Shown one piece after another: positions 10,560-22,329 of a stretch of DNA of 50,979 nt. Where the stretch lies: NCBI GenBank assembly GCA_002269645.1, contig NIVC01002832.1, forward strand, positions 1-50,979. Direction: 5' to 3'. Within the stretch, counting starts at the first letter, position 1. Every line of letters starts with the position of its first letter. The notes below the pieces were generated by a model. It worked only from the letters and a program-made list of their open reading frames with translations. It was not told the origin of the DNA and did no database searches. The position numbers were made by a program, and so were the translations under genes. Origin of the DNA: Macrostomum lignano (taxonomy: Eukaryota).

Positions 10560-11450
10560 GGTTACCTTGGATCTCTAAAACGAATATGGAAAAAAAGAGT
10601 TCAAAGAGTGGCTGCGGATAACGGCTGGTCTCGTTCGATCCACCCTGACAGAGGCCGTCTATCTGGAGACAATAGTCTATCTGGAGGCACCTCCTCCACC
10701 ATCTACAGGGCGCGCTATACGTGCGTTATGGAATGGGAGAAAGCGATTATTAAACCACACTCAACATCCTGAGGCATCTCTGCGAGCCCACCGTCCCTCA
10801 ATGCCTCAAAGCCAACAAGGGCTGGCGCGAGCGGGTTCGGTCAGTGACTCAGTCGATCAGTCACGCTCCCAGGGAGCTGTCTGCGACCATCAGACACCTC
10901 AATGGCTACGGTTGATAAAACGGCACTATTATCTACCCCGAGCTCCAGTTTCGGGGTTCCAAGAAAGGAGACATCAATCGCTTCAGACGTATCGGGGCCA
11001 CTATAGGTGAGTCGATCCTCTTCAGCGACGTTTCTGTTGATGATGATGTCAATAATCAGCCTGCATATGACGGTTAAAGTACGACGCGGCCTTGCACCTC
11101 GCCCTCGAACTGCTGGAGGAAAAGGGACCGCGAAGCGCGCTCATCTTATCCGATAGCAGGTCACTGCTGCTCGCCATCAAAAGTGAGAGACTGAACAGAT
11201 ATAGCAGCATGCACAGCCTCATTTGGTCGGCTTAGATCCTTCAGCGGATGGTGCAGAGTAGGCCAACGCCGAGACAGCAACCGCAATGGACCAAGTGACG
11301 CAACTTCGAGATTTAGGGCGATGAAGTGCTATATCAGACGATTGAAACACCAGCAGATGCAAGATCAAATGACGATGCACGGCAAAATGTGTCAAGAAGG
11401 ACGCACCAGGCAGAAAAAGTGAGACATTACTCGTGCAGCCTAAGGTCCCC
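10560..11450 (+). mobile_element. Degenerate non-LTR retrotransposon fragment (RT thumb to RNase H)
   Basis: Broken frames IYRARYTCVMEW, ILFSDVSV and AALHLALELLEEKGPRSALILSDSRSLLLAIKS resemble RT C-terminal and RNase H motifs. Boundaries approximate. Confidence 0.6.
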
Positions 11451-12466
11451 GTCTAGCGGTTTAGTATCTGCATAGAAGCTTTAATTCTAGAGCGGGATAG
11501 ACGCAAATCTTAAAGATTTAGACAAGCAATTTTATTGGATATGATGAAAGAAATATGCAGTGATGTAAATTTTTTGTATAGAGGGATTCAGTTGTTTTGG
11601 CTGACAGAACGTAGATAAAAACCAAAGCAATCACTTCTAGAGCATCACTTCTAGCTACAATGAAGTGCACAATGAACTAGACTAGAATCTAAAATAGGAT
11701 TTCTATCAATAATATTTCATAACCCAGTCTACTTCATCAACTAGAGTTCAGTCCTTTAAAAAATTTGACAGAAAAGACAAGACAACAAAGGATATGCCTC
11801 CAATGGCACAGTTTTTTTAATTCCAATAGCACTGTCGCGCGTTGCCACAGTAAAACACGGCGTTTGCTCTTCTGCGATAGGCACAATAAATGTCAAATTT
11901 ATTACCCCGACTATCCATTGAGAATTATTAAAACGAACAATGCTTAGATAGACAGGGACTGGTAATGGTGCAAATGCAAAATGCCGCCTCGTGAAAAAGA
12001 TGTTTTTTAGGCTTAAAACGCTCTAAGCGACCGGCCTTTTTAGCCGTCTCACAACAAACCGAAAAATTTTTAGTCACGACAGAAAATGTTTGCAGTATGA
12101 AATAGGAGAATAATTGTACCAAACTGCAATAAGTACAGCATTAATAATTTGCCGATTTTGTTGAAAATTTGTTGAACAATACAATTTAAAAAGTTTTAGT
12201 TTAAAAAATTGGTCTGTTAGCAAATTTTCAACTGCAAGGATGACTAAACAAAATCGCGACCAATGAGCGACGATGTAAGAGGAAAACACCCAAAAATACG
12301 AATTAATCAAATTTAGCAAACCACAAATACAGTAACAAAGATAGTATTTGAAGCATTAAACTGTTTTGCTTTTATTAATAATGTGCTGAAATTCAGCAGA
12401 CACAAAAAGATGGAAAATAAAGCTTCAAAAAGCGTCGCAGCTTAGGAAAGTTAGATGAAACATCAA

Positions 12467-14890
12467 TTAATCCGAGTCAGAATCCAACTTGCGGCTCTGC
12501 TTGGCTGTATCGATCTCTATGCGAGGCTTGGGAGCGCCAAAGCCTCCACGTCCACCGCGGCCTCCACCACGACCGCCACGACCACCGCCAAAGCCGCCAC
12601 CTCGGCCACCGCCACGCCCACTGTCAAAGTCACCACGGCCACCGCCAAATCCACCGCGGCCGCCGCCACGGCCACCGCCACGTCCGCCTCCACTGCGATC
12701 TTCGCGATACTCGATCCGGGTCTGCCGACCGTCCAGAGTCAGTCCAGCGTTGACAGCCTCGCTGGCGCTATCAATCGAGTCAAACGTGACGAAAGCAAAT
12801 CCGCGGCTGCGGCCATCATCGCCCTTAGGAATAAACAGATCTTGTGCTTTAGGGAAATACTCCCACAACTGTTCGACAGTGGCACTGTACGGAAGATTAA
12901 ACACGCCAACAGTTTTTGACGGAGGGTTATCTGAACCAGGACCGCCCCCGCCACCGCCACCAAATGACTTCCTTTCCGGCCTTGGCGCAACGAAGGCGAC
13001 AGCAACCTCGCGACCGCCGAATTGTCCAACGCCGCGGAATTCGTCAAAACCGGCAGAGCAGTCAGCCTCTGAATCAAAATCCACAAAGCAGACGCCTGTG
13101 TCAGAACCGGGACGAGTCTTAACATTGTAGCGAGAACCCCCTGGAAAAGCAGCGCGCACATCTGATTCCTCTGCATCGGCAGGCACATTTAGCAAAATAA
13201 CAGAGCGAGCCTGTCCGCGCAGTTCTTCGCGAGATTTGTCTTTCTGAGAAAAGTCATTCGTCATTGGAGCTGAAACCTTCGGTGCACCGTCTCCAAGTAG
13301 TGCTTGGAGATGATCCACCGGTCCGGACAAAGTGTTAATGCTGAACTGTCGATTCTTTAGAGACGCATTTTGGCACTTAGAGGCCGCAGCATCTGCATCA
13401 GATTTACTTTCAAAGCAGATCATTGCAATCGGAGCACTGACTAAACCTGCGTCAAGACGAGCAATGTCTTTGTCGTCCAAAAAGTTGGACAGGTCCTTTC
13501 GAGTGATGGAAGGATCCAGATTGCTTAGCAGAAGGCAATGCGTCGCTTTTGGCACATTATGCTTTCCATTTGGCAGCTTTTCAGACACGGGCGACTTTTT
13601 ATTGGCGTTGTTAGTAAGGGCGATCTTTTTTGGTGGCGGCTGTTCATCATCCGAAGAATCACTGGATGAAGAATCTTGCTTCTTTACTGGTGTCTTTTTG
13701 GGTGTCTTGGCTGCAGGAGTGGCAGCAGCAGGAGCTACTTTCTTAGCTGTTGGCTTCTCATCCTCAGAAGAAGAGTCGCTTGATGACGACTCCTTTTTCT
13801 TTACCGGTGTCTTTGTGGCTTGCTTGGCTGGAGGAGTGGCAGCAGCTGGCTTCTTGGCTGGTGGCTTCTCGTCCTCAGAAGACGAGTCGCTTGATGACGA
13901 CTCCTGCTTCTTTGCCGGTGTTTTTGTGACTGGCTTGGCTGCAGCTGCAGGAGTAGCAGCAGCTGGCTTCTTGGCTGGTGGCTTCTCGTCCTCAGAACAC
14001 GAGTCGCTTGATGACGACTCCTGCTTTTTTACCGGTGTCTTTTTGGGTGTCTTGGCTGCAGGAGCGGCAGCAGCTGGCTTGGCTGCAGGAGTAGCAGCAG
14101 CTGGCTTCTTGGCTGGTGGCTTCTCGTCCTCAGAAGACGAGTCGCTTGATGACGACTCCTGCTTCTTTGCCGGTGTTTTTGTGACTGGCTTGGCTGCAGC
14201 TGCAGGAGTAGCAGCAGCTGGCTTCTTGGCTGGTGGCTTCTCGTCCTCAGAAGACGAGTCGCTTGATGACGACTCCTGCTTTTTTACCGGTGTCTTTTTG
14301 GGTGTCTTGGCTGGAGGAGTTGCAGCAGCTGGCTTCTTGGCTGGTGGCTTCTCGTCCTCAGAAGACGAGTCGCTTGATGACGACTCCTGCTTTTTTACCG
14401 GTGTTTTTTTGGGTGTCTTGGCTGGAGGAGTGGCAGCAGCTGGCTTCTTGGCTGGTGGCTTCTCGTCCTCAGAAGACGAGTCGCTTGACGACGACTCCTG
14501 CTTTTTTACCGGTGTCTTTTTGGGTGTCTTGGCTGCAGGAGTGGCAGCAGCTGGCTTGGCTGCAGGAGTGGCAGCAGCTGGCTTCTTGGCTGGTGGCTTC
14601 TCGTTCTCAGAAGACGAGTCGGTTGATGAGTCCTCAGCCACTACCTTCTTACCAACGGGCTTGACAGGCGCAGCCTTTTTGACTGGCGGCTTAGCGTCAG
14701 ACGAGTCAGAATCAGAATCGCTTGATGATTCGGTAGGCACAGGACGTTTCTGTGGTTTTTTTGCAGCTGATCCAGTCTTGCTGGGACTCGGGATCACTTT
14801 GCCTCCAGGGGTTGTTGGCTTTTTCACTTTCTCATCTTCGGATGATGAGTCCTCAGAGGACGACGATTGCTGACGCGGCATTTTAGGCAT
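12467..14890 (-). CDS. NCL: Nucleolin-like protein, intronless, 807 aa
   Basis: Ser/acidic and Lys/Pro/Ala repeats with TPxK motifs, three RRMs (for example RGFAFVTF) and a C-terminal RGG/GAR domain. Confidence 0.9.
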   Translation of the reverse strand: MPKMPRQQSSSSEDSSSEDEKVKKPTTPGGKVIPSPSKTGSAAKKPQKRPVPTESSSDSDSDSSDAKPPVKKAAPVKPVGKKVVAEDSSTDSSSENEKPPAKKPAAATPAAKPAAATPAAKTPKKTPVKKQESSSSDSSSEDEKPPAKKPAAATPPAKTPKKTPVKKQESSSSDSSSEDEKPPAKKPAAATPPAKTPKKTPVKKQESSSSDSSSEDEKPPAKKPAAATPAAAAKPVTKTPAKKQESSSSDSSSEDEKPPAKKPAAATPAAKPAAAAPAAKTPKKTPVKKQESSSSDSCSEDEKPPAKKPAAATPAAAAKPVTKTPAKKQESSSSDSSSEDEKPPAKKPAAATPPAKQATKTPVKKKESSSSDSSSEDEKPTAKKVAPAAATPAAKTPKKTPVKKQDSSSSDSSDDEQPPPKKIALTNNANKKSPVSEKLPNGKHNVPKATHCLLLSNLDPSITRKDLSNFLDDKDIARLDAGLVSAPIAMICFESKSDADAAASKCQNASLKNRQFSINTLSGPVDHLQALLGDGAPKVSAPMTNDFSQKDKSREELRGQARSVILLNVPADAEESDVRAAFPGGSRYNVKTRPGSDTGVCFVDFDSEADCSAGFDEFRGVGQFGGREVAVAFVAPRPERKSFGGGGGGGPGSDNPPSKTVGVFNLPYSATVEQLWEYFPKAQDLFIPKGDDGRSRGFAFVTFDSIDSASEAVNAGLTLDGRQTRIEYREDRSGGGRGGGRGGGRGGFGGGRGDFDSGRGGGRGGGFGGGRGGRGGGRGGRGGFGAPKPRIEIDTAKQSRKLDSDSD

Positions 14891-15457
14891 GAAGGCATAA
14901 GAAACGGAAACGAAAATATATTTAAATTCACTTTATTGTCGCCACCTTGAAAACATTTCACTAACTTCGTTTGAAAACTAAATGTAAATCGACAAATTAC
15001 GACTATAAATAACTGCCAAACGCAATGACGAGTAGATAGAGCTAAGATTCTTAGATTCTGATTCTGAAACAAAAGCATACATCTACGAGCAACGATACTA
15101 CGCTCGTAAGTACCTTCACTAGCAATTTTTAAGGTACAATAATCGCAAAATAAAGATTAACTCGAAACCGCATGCTTCTGATGGAAGCAAAATAGTCAAT
15201 GGTAGCTCGTATATTTCAGGTCAAGAGAGCGTAAAGCATCATAATAATTAAGTTTGAACAATAAATTATTGGGCGCCTCGGCGTATTCCAGGAAAAGTTT
15301 CATTGGAGTACAAAAAATCTGGTATTTTAAAAAGCAATATGGCTGAGCATAAACTGAAAAATAATGAAAGAAACAAAATATTTTCCAAGTTTCAAATTCA
15401 ACTTATCTGTAACAAAATGTTTCTTCGGCAAAAGGGTTTGCGTTAAACCAATGTAAC

Positions 15458-16813
15458 CTAAGACAGGCCGCTCAGATGGCGGTACAGCCGCTCATAGAAG
15501 GAGCGCTGCATGCAACGTGTCACTGTCCCGCCAGATTCAGCATCAGCATCGGGGTCAGACTTTTCGTTTGTATTAAGCTCCACATCTTTCAATGGAGCAC
15601 GTGTTGGCGCTAGACTGCCCTTACGGCCGCATCGCAGAAATCGGCAAATACTGCTATTGGCCGGAAAAGCCAAGCTAAGAAGAGGACTACGCAGCACTGT
15701 AAAGTCGGCGTGGTCCCAGGACAGATTCGGCTGTACGCCAGCCAGATCAGTAGCGTTTGTGTAGTACCAGCGACCCTGTTCTGGCTGCTCCGAATTCAAC
15801 TCGCCGCCAATACTGTGCGAGCCGCCAAAAGGATAACGCTGACTGGCAATTGGTACTAGGCCGTCGTTGTGGCACCAATCTAAGTCGAGGTCTGGACGGT
15901 AAAACTCCTGATGTAACCGATGATCAGCATCTGTAGAATGGTTCCGATGTTTAATACGCACTCTGCGCGAGCACATATAGCGACAAGAGGGCAGAAAAAA
16001 TGAGCGACAGTCTCGACTTGGAGTCGCACAGTTCGAACAAGAAGTTCCTGGCGCTGTGCACTTTGAAACGCAGGACAGATAGTATGTGGATGGAAAGTCA
16101 TCAAGAAATCCCGAATAATTGATGCGAGAGCAGCCTTGAATGGACAAATCGTAAGCCAGGTTATCAGTTCCAGCGAAAATTCCGCTGGAGCGCAGTCGAG
16201 ATGGATAAGCAACATCAGTGTCGGATAGGCCCCAATGTTCCAGAATCCAGTTGCGCGGCAATAGACGACTAAAAACGTTCAGCATGCGCGGCCAACGAAA
16301 TAAGCCGGTAGCTTCGTCGCAGCCGAACATATAGACAGCGGGCGAGCCGTTGAGCGGACTGGCCAGGCAAGTTACGGATGTGACCCAATTGGACTCGGTG
16401 CCCTCCGACCAGAAATCATCAGCCAACAGGCGCTGGAGAGTTCTAGAAGTGTTTCCACCGGCCGAGTGTCCAACTAGATGAATTGGCTGCTCAGCGCACC
16501 AGTCTGGGTGGAGGCCTCGGCCAGTAAAGTCCGGGCCCCATCGCTCGTGGCCATGCAAAGCTGAGTGCTCTTCGCCATAGTCTGTCCGGCATCCGCGAAG
16601 CTGCGCGTATAGCTCGCATGCTCGGTCATGCTGCGAACTGATTGGGCCAACACCGGCCTCCAAGACTGTCAGGCCGCTGGTGTCCGTGCGAGAATCCACA
16701 GCCGTCTCCCAGTAGGAGACGGCGCCGCTAGGCAGAACCAGCTGGCCTGGGCCCCAGCCTAGCAGGCCGTGCACCAGAGCCACGTGACGCGTCTTGGCCA
16801 GGTGAGTGCGCAT
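15458..16813 (-). CDS. Lipase, bacterial family I.5/I.6-like alpha/beta hydrolase, intact copy 2, 451 aa, intronless
   Basis: Putative triad Ser (GHSAGG), Asp (NDGLV), His (WDHADF). Family motifs HDRACELYAQLRG and DYGEEHS. Confidence 0.9.
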   Translation of the reverse strand: MRTHLAKTRHVALVHGLLGWGPGQLVLPSGAVSYWETAVDSRTDTSGLTVLEAGVGPISSQHDRACELYAQLRGCRTDYGEEHSALHGHERWGPDFTGRGLHPDWCAEQPIHLVGHSAGGNTSRTLQRLLADDFWSEGTESNWVTSVTCLASPLNGSPAVYMFGCDEATGLFRWPRMLNVFSRLLPRNWILEHWGLSDTDVAYPSRLRSSGIFAGTDNLAYDLSIQGCSRINYSGFLDDFPSTYYLSCVSKCTAPGTSCSNCATPSRDCRSFFLPSCRYMCSRRVRIKHRNHSTDADHRLHQEFYRPDLDLDWCHNDGLVPIASQRYPFGGSHSIGGELNSEQPEQGRWYYTNATDLAGVQPNLSWDHADFTVLRSPLLSLAFPANSSICRFLRCGRKGSLAPTRAPLKDVELNTNEKSDPDADAESGGTVTRCMQRSFYERLYRHLSGLS

Positions 16814-17607
16814 GCTCCCCAGCTGATGGACGCCGCCCGATTCTGCCGCAGGCTGGAAAATTAATTATAAGCGTTATTTAGCAAGTAGCTTTGATTTCCT
16901 TTCAAAAAAGGCCAACCAAAATAAACTGTTTAAGCATTAAGAGTCTGTATAACTCGAATGAGGATCTGCAAGATGGCGAATTGAATAGAGCTTTTAAGCC
17001 TTGCTATAAAAAATAAAAATACTAGTTAATGTTTTTTTAAAGACATACAAACACAAGAAACGCTATATACGTAACCAAAAGGTGGTAAAATCAAACGTAT
17101 ATTTTTGTTTAATACGCAAATCAGCGCCACTAGAGAAGTACAGGAACAAACGGTCACAAAGATAAGCGGACCCTATTGCATAGCATTGCGCTGCTTTAAT
17201 ATATAAACTATCAGCTCAAATTTGCATAATAAAATGCTTTAAAACACAGAAAAAATCAACCAATACCAGAGCAGTCAGATGCAAAGTAGATTCGTTGGCG
17301 AATTGCCGTTAGAAGAGAGCTTCATAAAGTGCTTATTTAGTTGTGTGCCAAATATTCCAGTGAAAGATAAAAAATCGTGTAGGGGATGATTTTGTTTTGC
17401 AATAGATATAAGCTTCATCGAAAAAAACTAGTGGATATATGTATATAAAAATATGATTTATTTTGAAAATGATTACATTCTGCATAGTGTGTTACCTTTA
17501 ATAATTTTATTATTTAAACTGATTTTTCACCCATAAACAAGTGATGTTTACGAAGAATAAAAACGAAAAAATGCAACTAAACAATCCAATTGGAAGCTTT
17601 AAACCAG

Positions 17608-18735
17608 TCAAGGCAAGTGGCACCAATCGATGGTCGATTTTCCAACCGACTTCAAATAGTCGTTGGCTTCCTTAAAGTACATTTTGCCAAAGAAGCCGCC
17701 CCGATTAACGGCCAGAGGCGACGGATGAGCGCCGCAAATGACCTTGTGCTTGCGCTTATCAATTTTGGCGCCCTTTTTCTGGGCATAGTTGCCCCACAGT
17801 ATGAATACTAGGCCTGCGCAGCGAGAGTTGAGCGTAGCGACCACGGCGTCAGTGAACGTCTCCCAGCCGCGGCCCTGATGCGAATTCGCCTCACCGCGGC
17901 GAACAGTGAGCACAGCGTTGAGCAGTAGCACACCTTGCTCAGCCCAGCCAGTCAGATCGCCATGTCCTGGATGCTGAAACTTGTCCGGAAAATTGTTCGA
18001 CACCTCTTTGTAAATGTTGAGCAGGCTGGGAGGCGGCACGGTCGGCCGGCGGACCGAGAAGCAGAGCCCGTGGGCCTGGTTAGGGCCGTGATAGGGGTCC
18101 TGGCCCAGGATGACCACCTTCACCTCCTGCAGGCGGCAGGCGCGAGTCCAGGAGAAGACCTCCCCAGGCGGAGGGTAGATTGTCTTGCTGGAGCGCTCGG
18201 CCCGAACAAATTCAGCCAGCTGGACAAAGTAAGTCTTAGTGAGCTCAGGCTTCAGGGCCTGCATCCAGCTGATACCGAAGTCAACCACCAGCGACTGAAC
18301 AGCGGCTGGCTGGGCGCTCAGAAACTGGCTCTGGTTCTCCTTTCCGAAGCTGGACGGCGAAGCCAGAAACGCGTTGAGATTCTGCTGCGGCCGCGGCGGT
18401 GTCTCAGTTGATAGGCAGGGACGCTTCGGCTCGGAATTTTTCATCTCCCCGGAGCAGTCTTTGTCCTCGTCTTTGTCGGCGCTCAAAGGTCGCTTATCCA
18501 TGGACTTGCGGCTTTCCTGCTGATTCTGTAGCCAATTGGACCTTGACTCAACTTTTTCATCCTTTCTTTCTTGATCGGGCGTCGAAGTTTGGTCAGCGTC
18601 CTGCTTGGACGAGGAAGATTTCTCGCCATCTTTTGGCATTGTTTTAAAGAACTTAGAAATTTGAGTCTGAGCCATTGCCTGTCTAGTCTGTCTGCTAGTG
18701 CGCTGGATGGCGAAGTGCGCGATTTGAGCTAGCAT
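17608..18735 (-). CDS. UNG: Uracil-DNA glycosylase, copy 2
   Basis: Same motifs as copy 1. Two amino-acid differences (QSLM/VVDF, NSRS/CAG). Confidence 0.97.
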   Translation of the reverse strand: MLAQIAHFAIQRTSRQTRQAMAQTQISKFFKTMPKDGEKSSSSKQDADQTSTPDQERKDEKVESRSNWLQNQQESRKSMDKRPLSADKDEDKDCSGEMKNSEPKRPCLSTETPPRPQQNLNAFLASPSSFGKENQSQFLSAQPAAVQSLVVDFGISWMQALKPELTKTYFVQLAEFVRAERSSKTIYPPPGEVFSWTRACRLQEVKVVILGQDPYHGPNQAHGLCFSVRRPTVPPPSLLNIYKEVSNNFPDKFQHPGHGDLTGWAEQGVLLLNAVLTVRRGEANSHQGRGWETFTDAVVATLNSRCAGLVFILWGNYAQKKGAKIDKRKHKVICGAHPSPLAVNRGGFFGKMYFKEANDYLKSVGKSTIDWCHLP

Positions 18736-20922
18736 GAATGCGAGAGGATATTCATAATGCTTAGTACACGAATCATTACGCTAAATTACTCACACTAATG
18801 ACTTAAAATACGACGAAAGCCTTCACTGGCCATTCTCCGCCAATGGGCTCCCTAAAAGGGGATAAATAAGGATTTTTGGGGCTTAGCCTTAAGTCTATGC
18901 CCAAAACTAAGCGTGACTCAACGTTTTATGGCCTAGAAGTAAAATTCTCTATGCCTGAAATTCTAGGTTAGGGTGTTTGCCACGACGCTTGTGTTTCAGA
19001 GTCGGAAATCTGTATGGTCTATGGCCCAACCCAATTTTTATATGCTATCGGGCGCTTTTATTCATTTCCAATTCTAGTCGTATATGTCTATCAGCTGTGT
19101 TTCACAGTCGGAAATTTGCGTAGTCTAAGGTCCAACCTGTCTTTAATCTGTATGCTTTCAACTGGGCCACAATACTTGCTTTGAAATTCTCTACTTGATT
19201 GTCATTTAACCAGAGAGAACAGCTTTAAACAGCTGGCTTGGCTTGCTGTCTGTGGGAGAGAGCAGCTTGGAATTGCGAGCTGTCCACTTGATTGGCTGTA
19301 CTGTCTATGGCCGAGTGTGCTGTTTCATGGCATTTACTTGATCGGCCTTATTATCAACTTGACTAACGAAATCAATACAGCTTTTTGCAGCCCATTTGGG
19401 CTTACTCGCATTGAATTTAATCCAAGATACGTTTGCATAAAACCCAATCATTAGTTACAGCTGCGCAAAGCAATTTATTCACAGTACCAACACAAGGTGA
19501 CGTAAAAGTTAAATCTGCTAAAATATAACAAAAAAAGCATTTTTAGTATGGTCAAAACTCCGCAGAAGTCTTTGTTCTCTGTTTGACAGTCTAGCATATG
19601 GTCCACGATTCTGGAGCTGATCTTGCTCCGCCGCAGCAGTTGCAAATGAAGCATTGCTCTCATCTTCACTGCTTGTGACAGTCATGTCTAAATGAACATC
19701 TAGGGTTAAAACTACAGAGCGGATAGGCCCAAATGGGCCGCAAAAGGCTATGCTATAATCTAAACTATGAAATCTATTAAAAATGAAAACGAAAAATGTG
19801 CAGTTGTCATCAAGGTTATATTTGTCAAAACGATGACGGATATATAAATAATCAAAAAAGGTGAGGGAAAATACCATCAAGTTTTAAAAAAAACGGACTA
19901 GGATTACATTCTGGTACGAACAGTGCAATACGATAAAGATCGAACAGTGGGTCAAGATGGACTTTGTTCACAGATAAATGTTTAGGAATGCACATATTTA
20001 CATAACGTATGAGGAAAGTAGAGTATAAGACTGTAAAAAAGTTTTTGCTATTTTCGTCCACTACATATGGTTAAGCAGGGTAAAGTATACATAAGTAAAG
20101 TATAACATAATCAAGTCAACTGAAGACAATGATATTCATTCAAACACAAACAGAAATTGAAGTGTCAGAGAGGCTTGCTTGAAAAAGTCTACTATAGAAA
20201 CACACAGCAACACACAAAGTTAATGCTTGCCAAACAAGTACTTGAAAAATTCACTAAAATGAAAAAAAATAAACAGAGAACTGACCTAATTAGGCTATTA
20301 CGGTGTAAATTTATTGATAACAGGAGGATGTGCAAGTCAGCTAAAAGGAAATAATTTTCATTACCTGGCCACTCTATTAGCATAATAGAAGTATCAATAT
20401 AATGTAGAAATCATTGCAACGTTAAGAACACAATTTGCGTTCAATGCAGGGTAAAATACTGTTAGTTCATCAGCAGCAAACTAAAATATTCAGAACAATT
20501 ATTACACATAAGTATTATAACTAACAATGCAAACATCGGTGAAGAAGATAAATATATTTGTTGTGCGAATTGATATCGAATTGAAATTTGATTGTTGGCT
20601 AGCGATAAATAAATATGCGAAAATACATCTGATATGCACACAGAGATGAGCTCAGCAACAGTTAAAATGACATGCATCTCTGAAAATAAATAAATAAATA
20701 GATTAGCAATATGCCTAATTCGCTGCATGGTTGCTATGCTATCACAGCTGGGTGAAATAGAGCTCATTAGAAGCTCATTAGAATCTGCTTAAATTAGAAG
20801 CCCAACTCAAAAAGAAAGATTAAAATAAATCAATACCAAGACAATACACCGAATGTCAATGTGTACAACAAACGATTGAGGTAATCATAAGTAGCAAAAA
20901 CCAAGTAGACAGAAGCGCCCAG

Positions 20923-21068
20923 TCACAACCGGCTATCCTCTCTGGAGCCCGAGGCCCCGGTCGATTCGTACAGCTCGAAATTGTCGTCCTCGTCTGGATC
21001 GTCCTCGTTGGCCGAGATTGTGACAACTGCTGTTGTCCGAGCGTTGCTGATGACCGAGTGCGGACCAG
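20923..21068 (-). CDS. Candidate terminal exon Z, possibly the Shal/Kv4 C-terminus
   Basis: As for Z'. TTAVVTI loosely recalls the TTAIISI segment of vertebrate Kv4 C-termini (weak similarity). Confidence 0.5.
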
Positions 21069-21212
21069 CTAACGGGAGTTATATAATGATTGATATCAAC
21101 CAGAGCGAGTTAATCACTTGGGGACTTACAGCCTTAGCCACAGATTTCATATTACCCAGATGTGTCCCTCCAGCATTCGCTAATGTATTTAGTGGCAGTC
21201 TAGGAGGCTCCA

Positions 21213-21515
21213 GGGGGTTGTAGCCTAGTGTTTAGAGCGTCGTACTCACGACTTAAAGGGGGGTTCGATTTCAGATCCCACTGGAACAATTTGTGTCCTT
21301 GAGCAAGACACTTAACTCTGCATTGTTTCAGTTCAACCAGCTGTAAAATGGGTGCCAGCATTAGCTGGGGTAATTGAGGGTGTGCGTGGCGACCCCCAGT
21401 TCTTGGATTGAACAGCCGTAAGCAGCCTTCAGATGCGACGCGCAATAGCTGCGGCTGAGCTGTCGGTTGCACATCTGCCCATTGGGACAGGTGTAATCAA
21501 TTATTATTATTATTA
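21213..21515 (+). mobile_element. CORE-SINE, duplicated copy of 5583-5885
   Basis: Same TSD taggaggctcca at 21201-21212 and 21516-21527. The tail has one more TTA unit. Confidence 0.9.
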
Positions 21516-21868
21516 TAGGAGGCTCCAAAAACTCCAGGGGGTTAGGGCCACAGACACTAGCTGCCGCTGCTAATGCTACAGTCTATGGTCTAATGCGGCT
21601 GGAGTGGCCCATCTAGGGGGCATATAGAATCTGTGATATTAGCTAAAGATAGGCCATGAAAACTTTAAGCTGCTGGCCATAGACCCACAGCCTTAACAGT
21701 CTATGGTAAAATAGCACAGTGGCGCATTAAAATTCTAGCTATAGTTTATGGTCAGCCCAGCAGGAGCGGAGTTTTTTTATTTCTAGCTCCGGCGTAGAGA
21801 GTAAACCCTATCGAAGTCTAGTACATTAAGTAGTACATGCAGTTTTCTTTAATTCAAAGCGAACAAAC

Positions 21869-21932
21869 CTTGGTATCTGGAGTTAGGTCTCCTGTTGAGC
21901 TCTTCGCCTTCCTCTGCGCGGCCCCGGCCGGG
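21869..21932 (-). CDS. Candidate 64-nt exon Y
   Basis: As for Y'. Confidence 0.55.
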
Positions 21933-22329
21933 CTGCAATGGAAAGAGATTGACAGCAACAATTGGAAACTTTGTGAACACAATAATAAATATAAGTTAGT
22001 TACGCACGCTATTTAATAGTTACTTAAGGCCTGATGCTACACATGGTTAGTAGAACCTTATCAGTATATTAGTAATTTTACTTAGTTAATTAAAGAAAAC
22101 GAGTTCGGAAAAAAATGAAGTGCTCACTTATGCATAGAAATAGCGTAGAATAAAGAATAAAGAGAATGACTCGAACAGTTAAGAAAGACAACAGATTACA
22201 GAACTTGGGGTTTGAATACGAAAATTTGCAGAAAAATGAGAATATCGCATCACTTCTCACCCGGAACCGGCGAAGCTGCGTAAGAGTTATAATGCAATAA
22301 TAATTATGCATAATAATAGTTCGAATATA

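Noticed and set aside
12455-14873. Long plus-strand ORFs (513, 213, 154 aa) opposite nucleolin
   Set aside because: Antisense shadows of low-complexity and GC-rich coding sequence.
15458-16813. Bacterial contamination explaining the lipase
   Set aside because: It is flanked within 1 kb by eukaryotic nucleolin and UNG in continuous sequence, and next to UNG in both copies; there is no bacterial operon context.
20981-21223. Plus-strand 80-aa ORF over exon Z
   Set aside because: It is broken by a 2-nt indel in the other copy and runs into the SINE; the minus-strand frame explains the conservation better.
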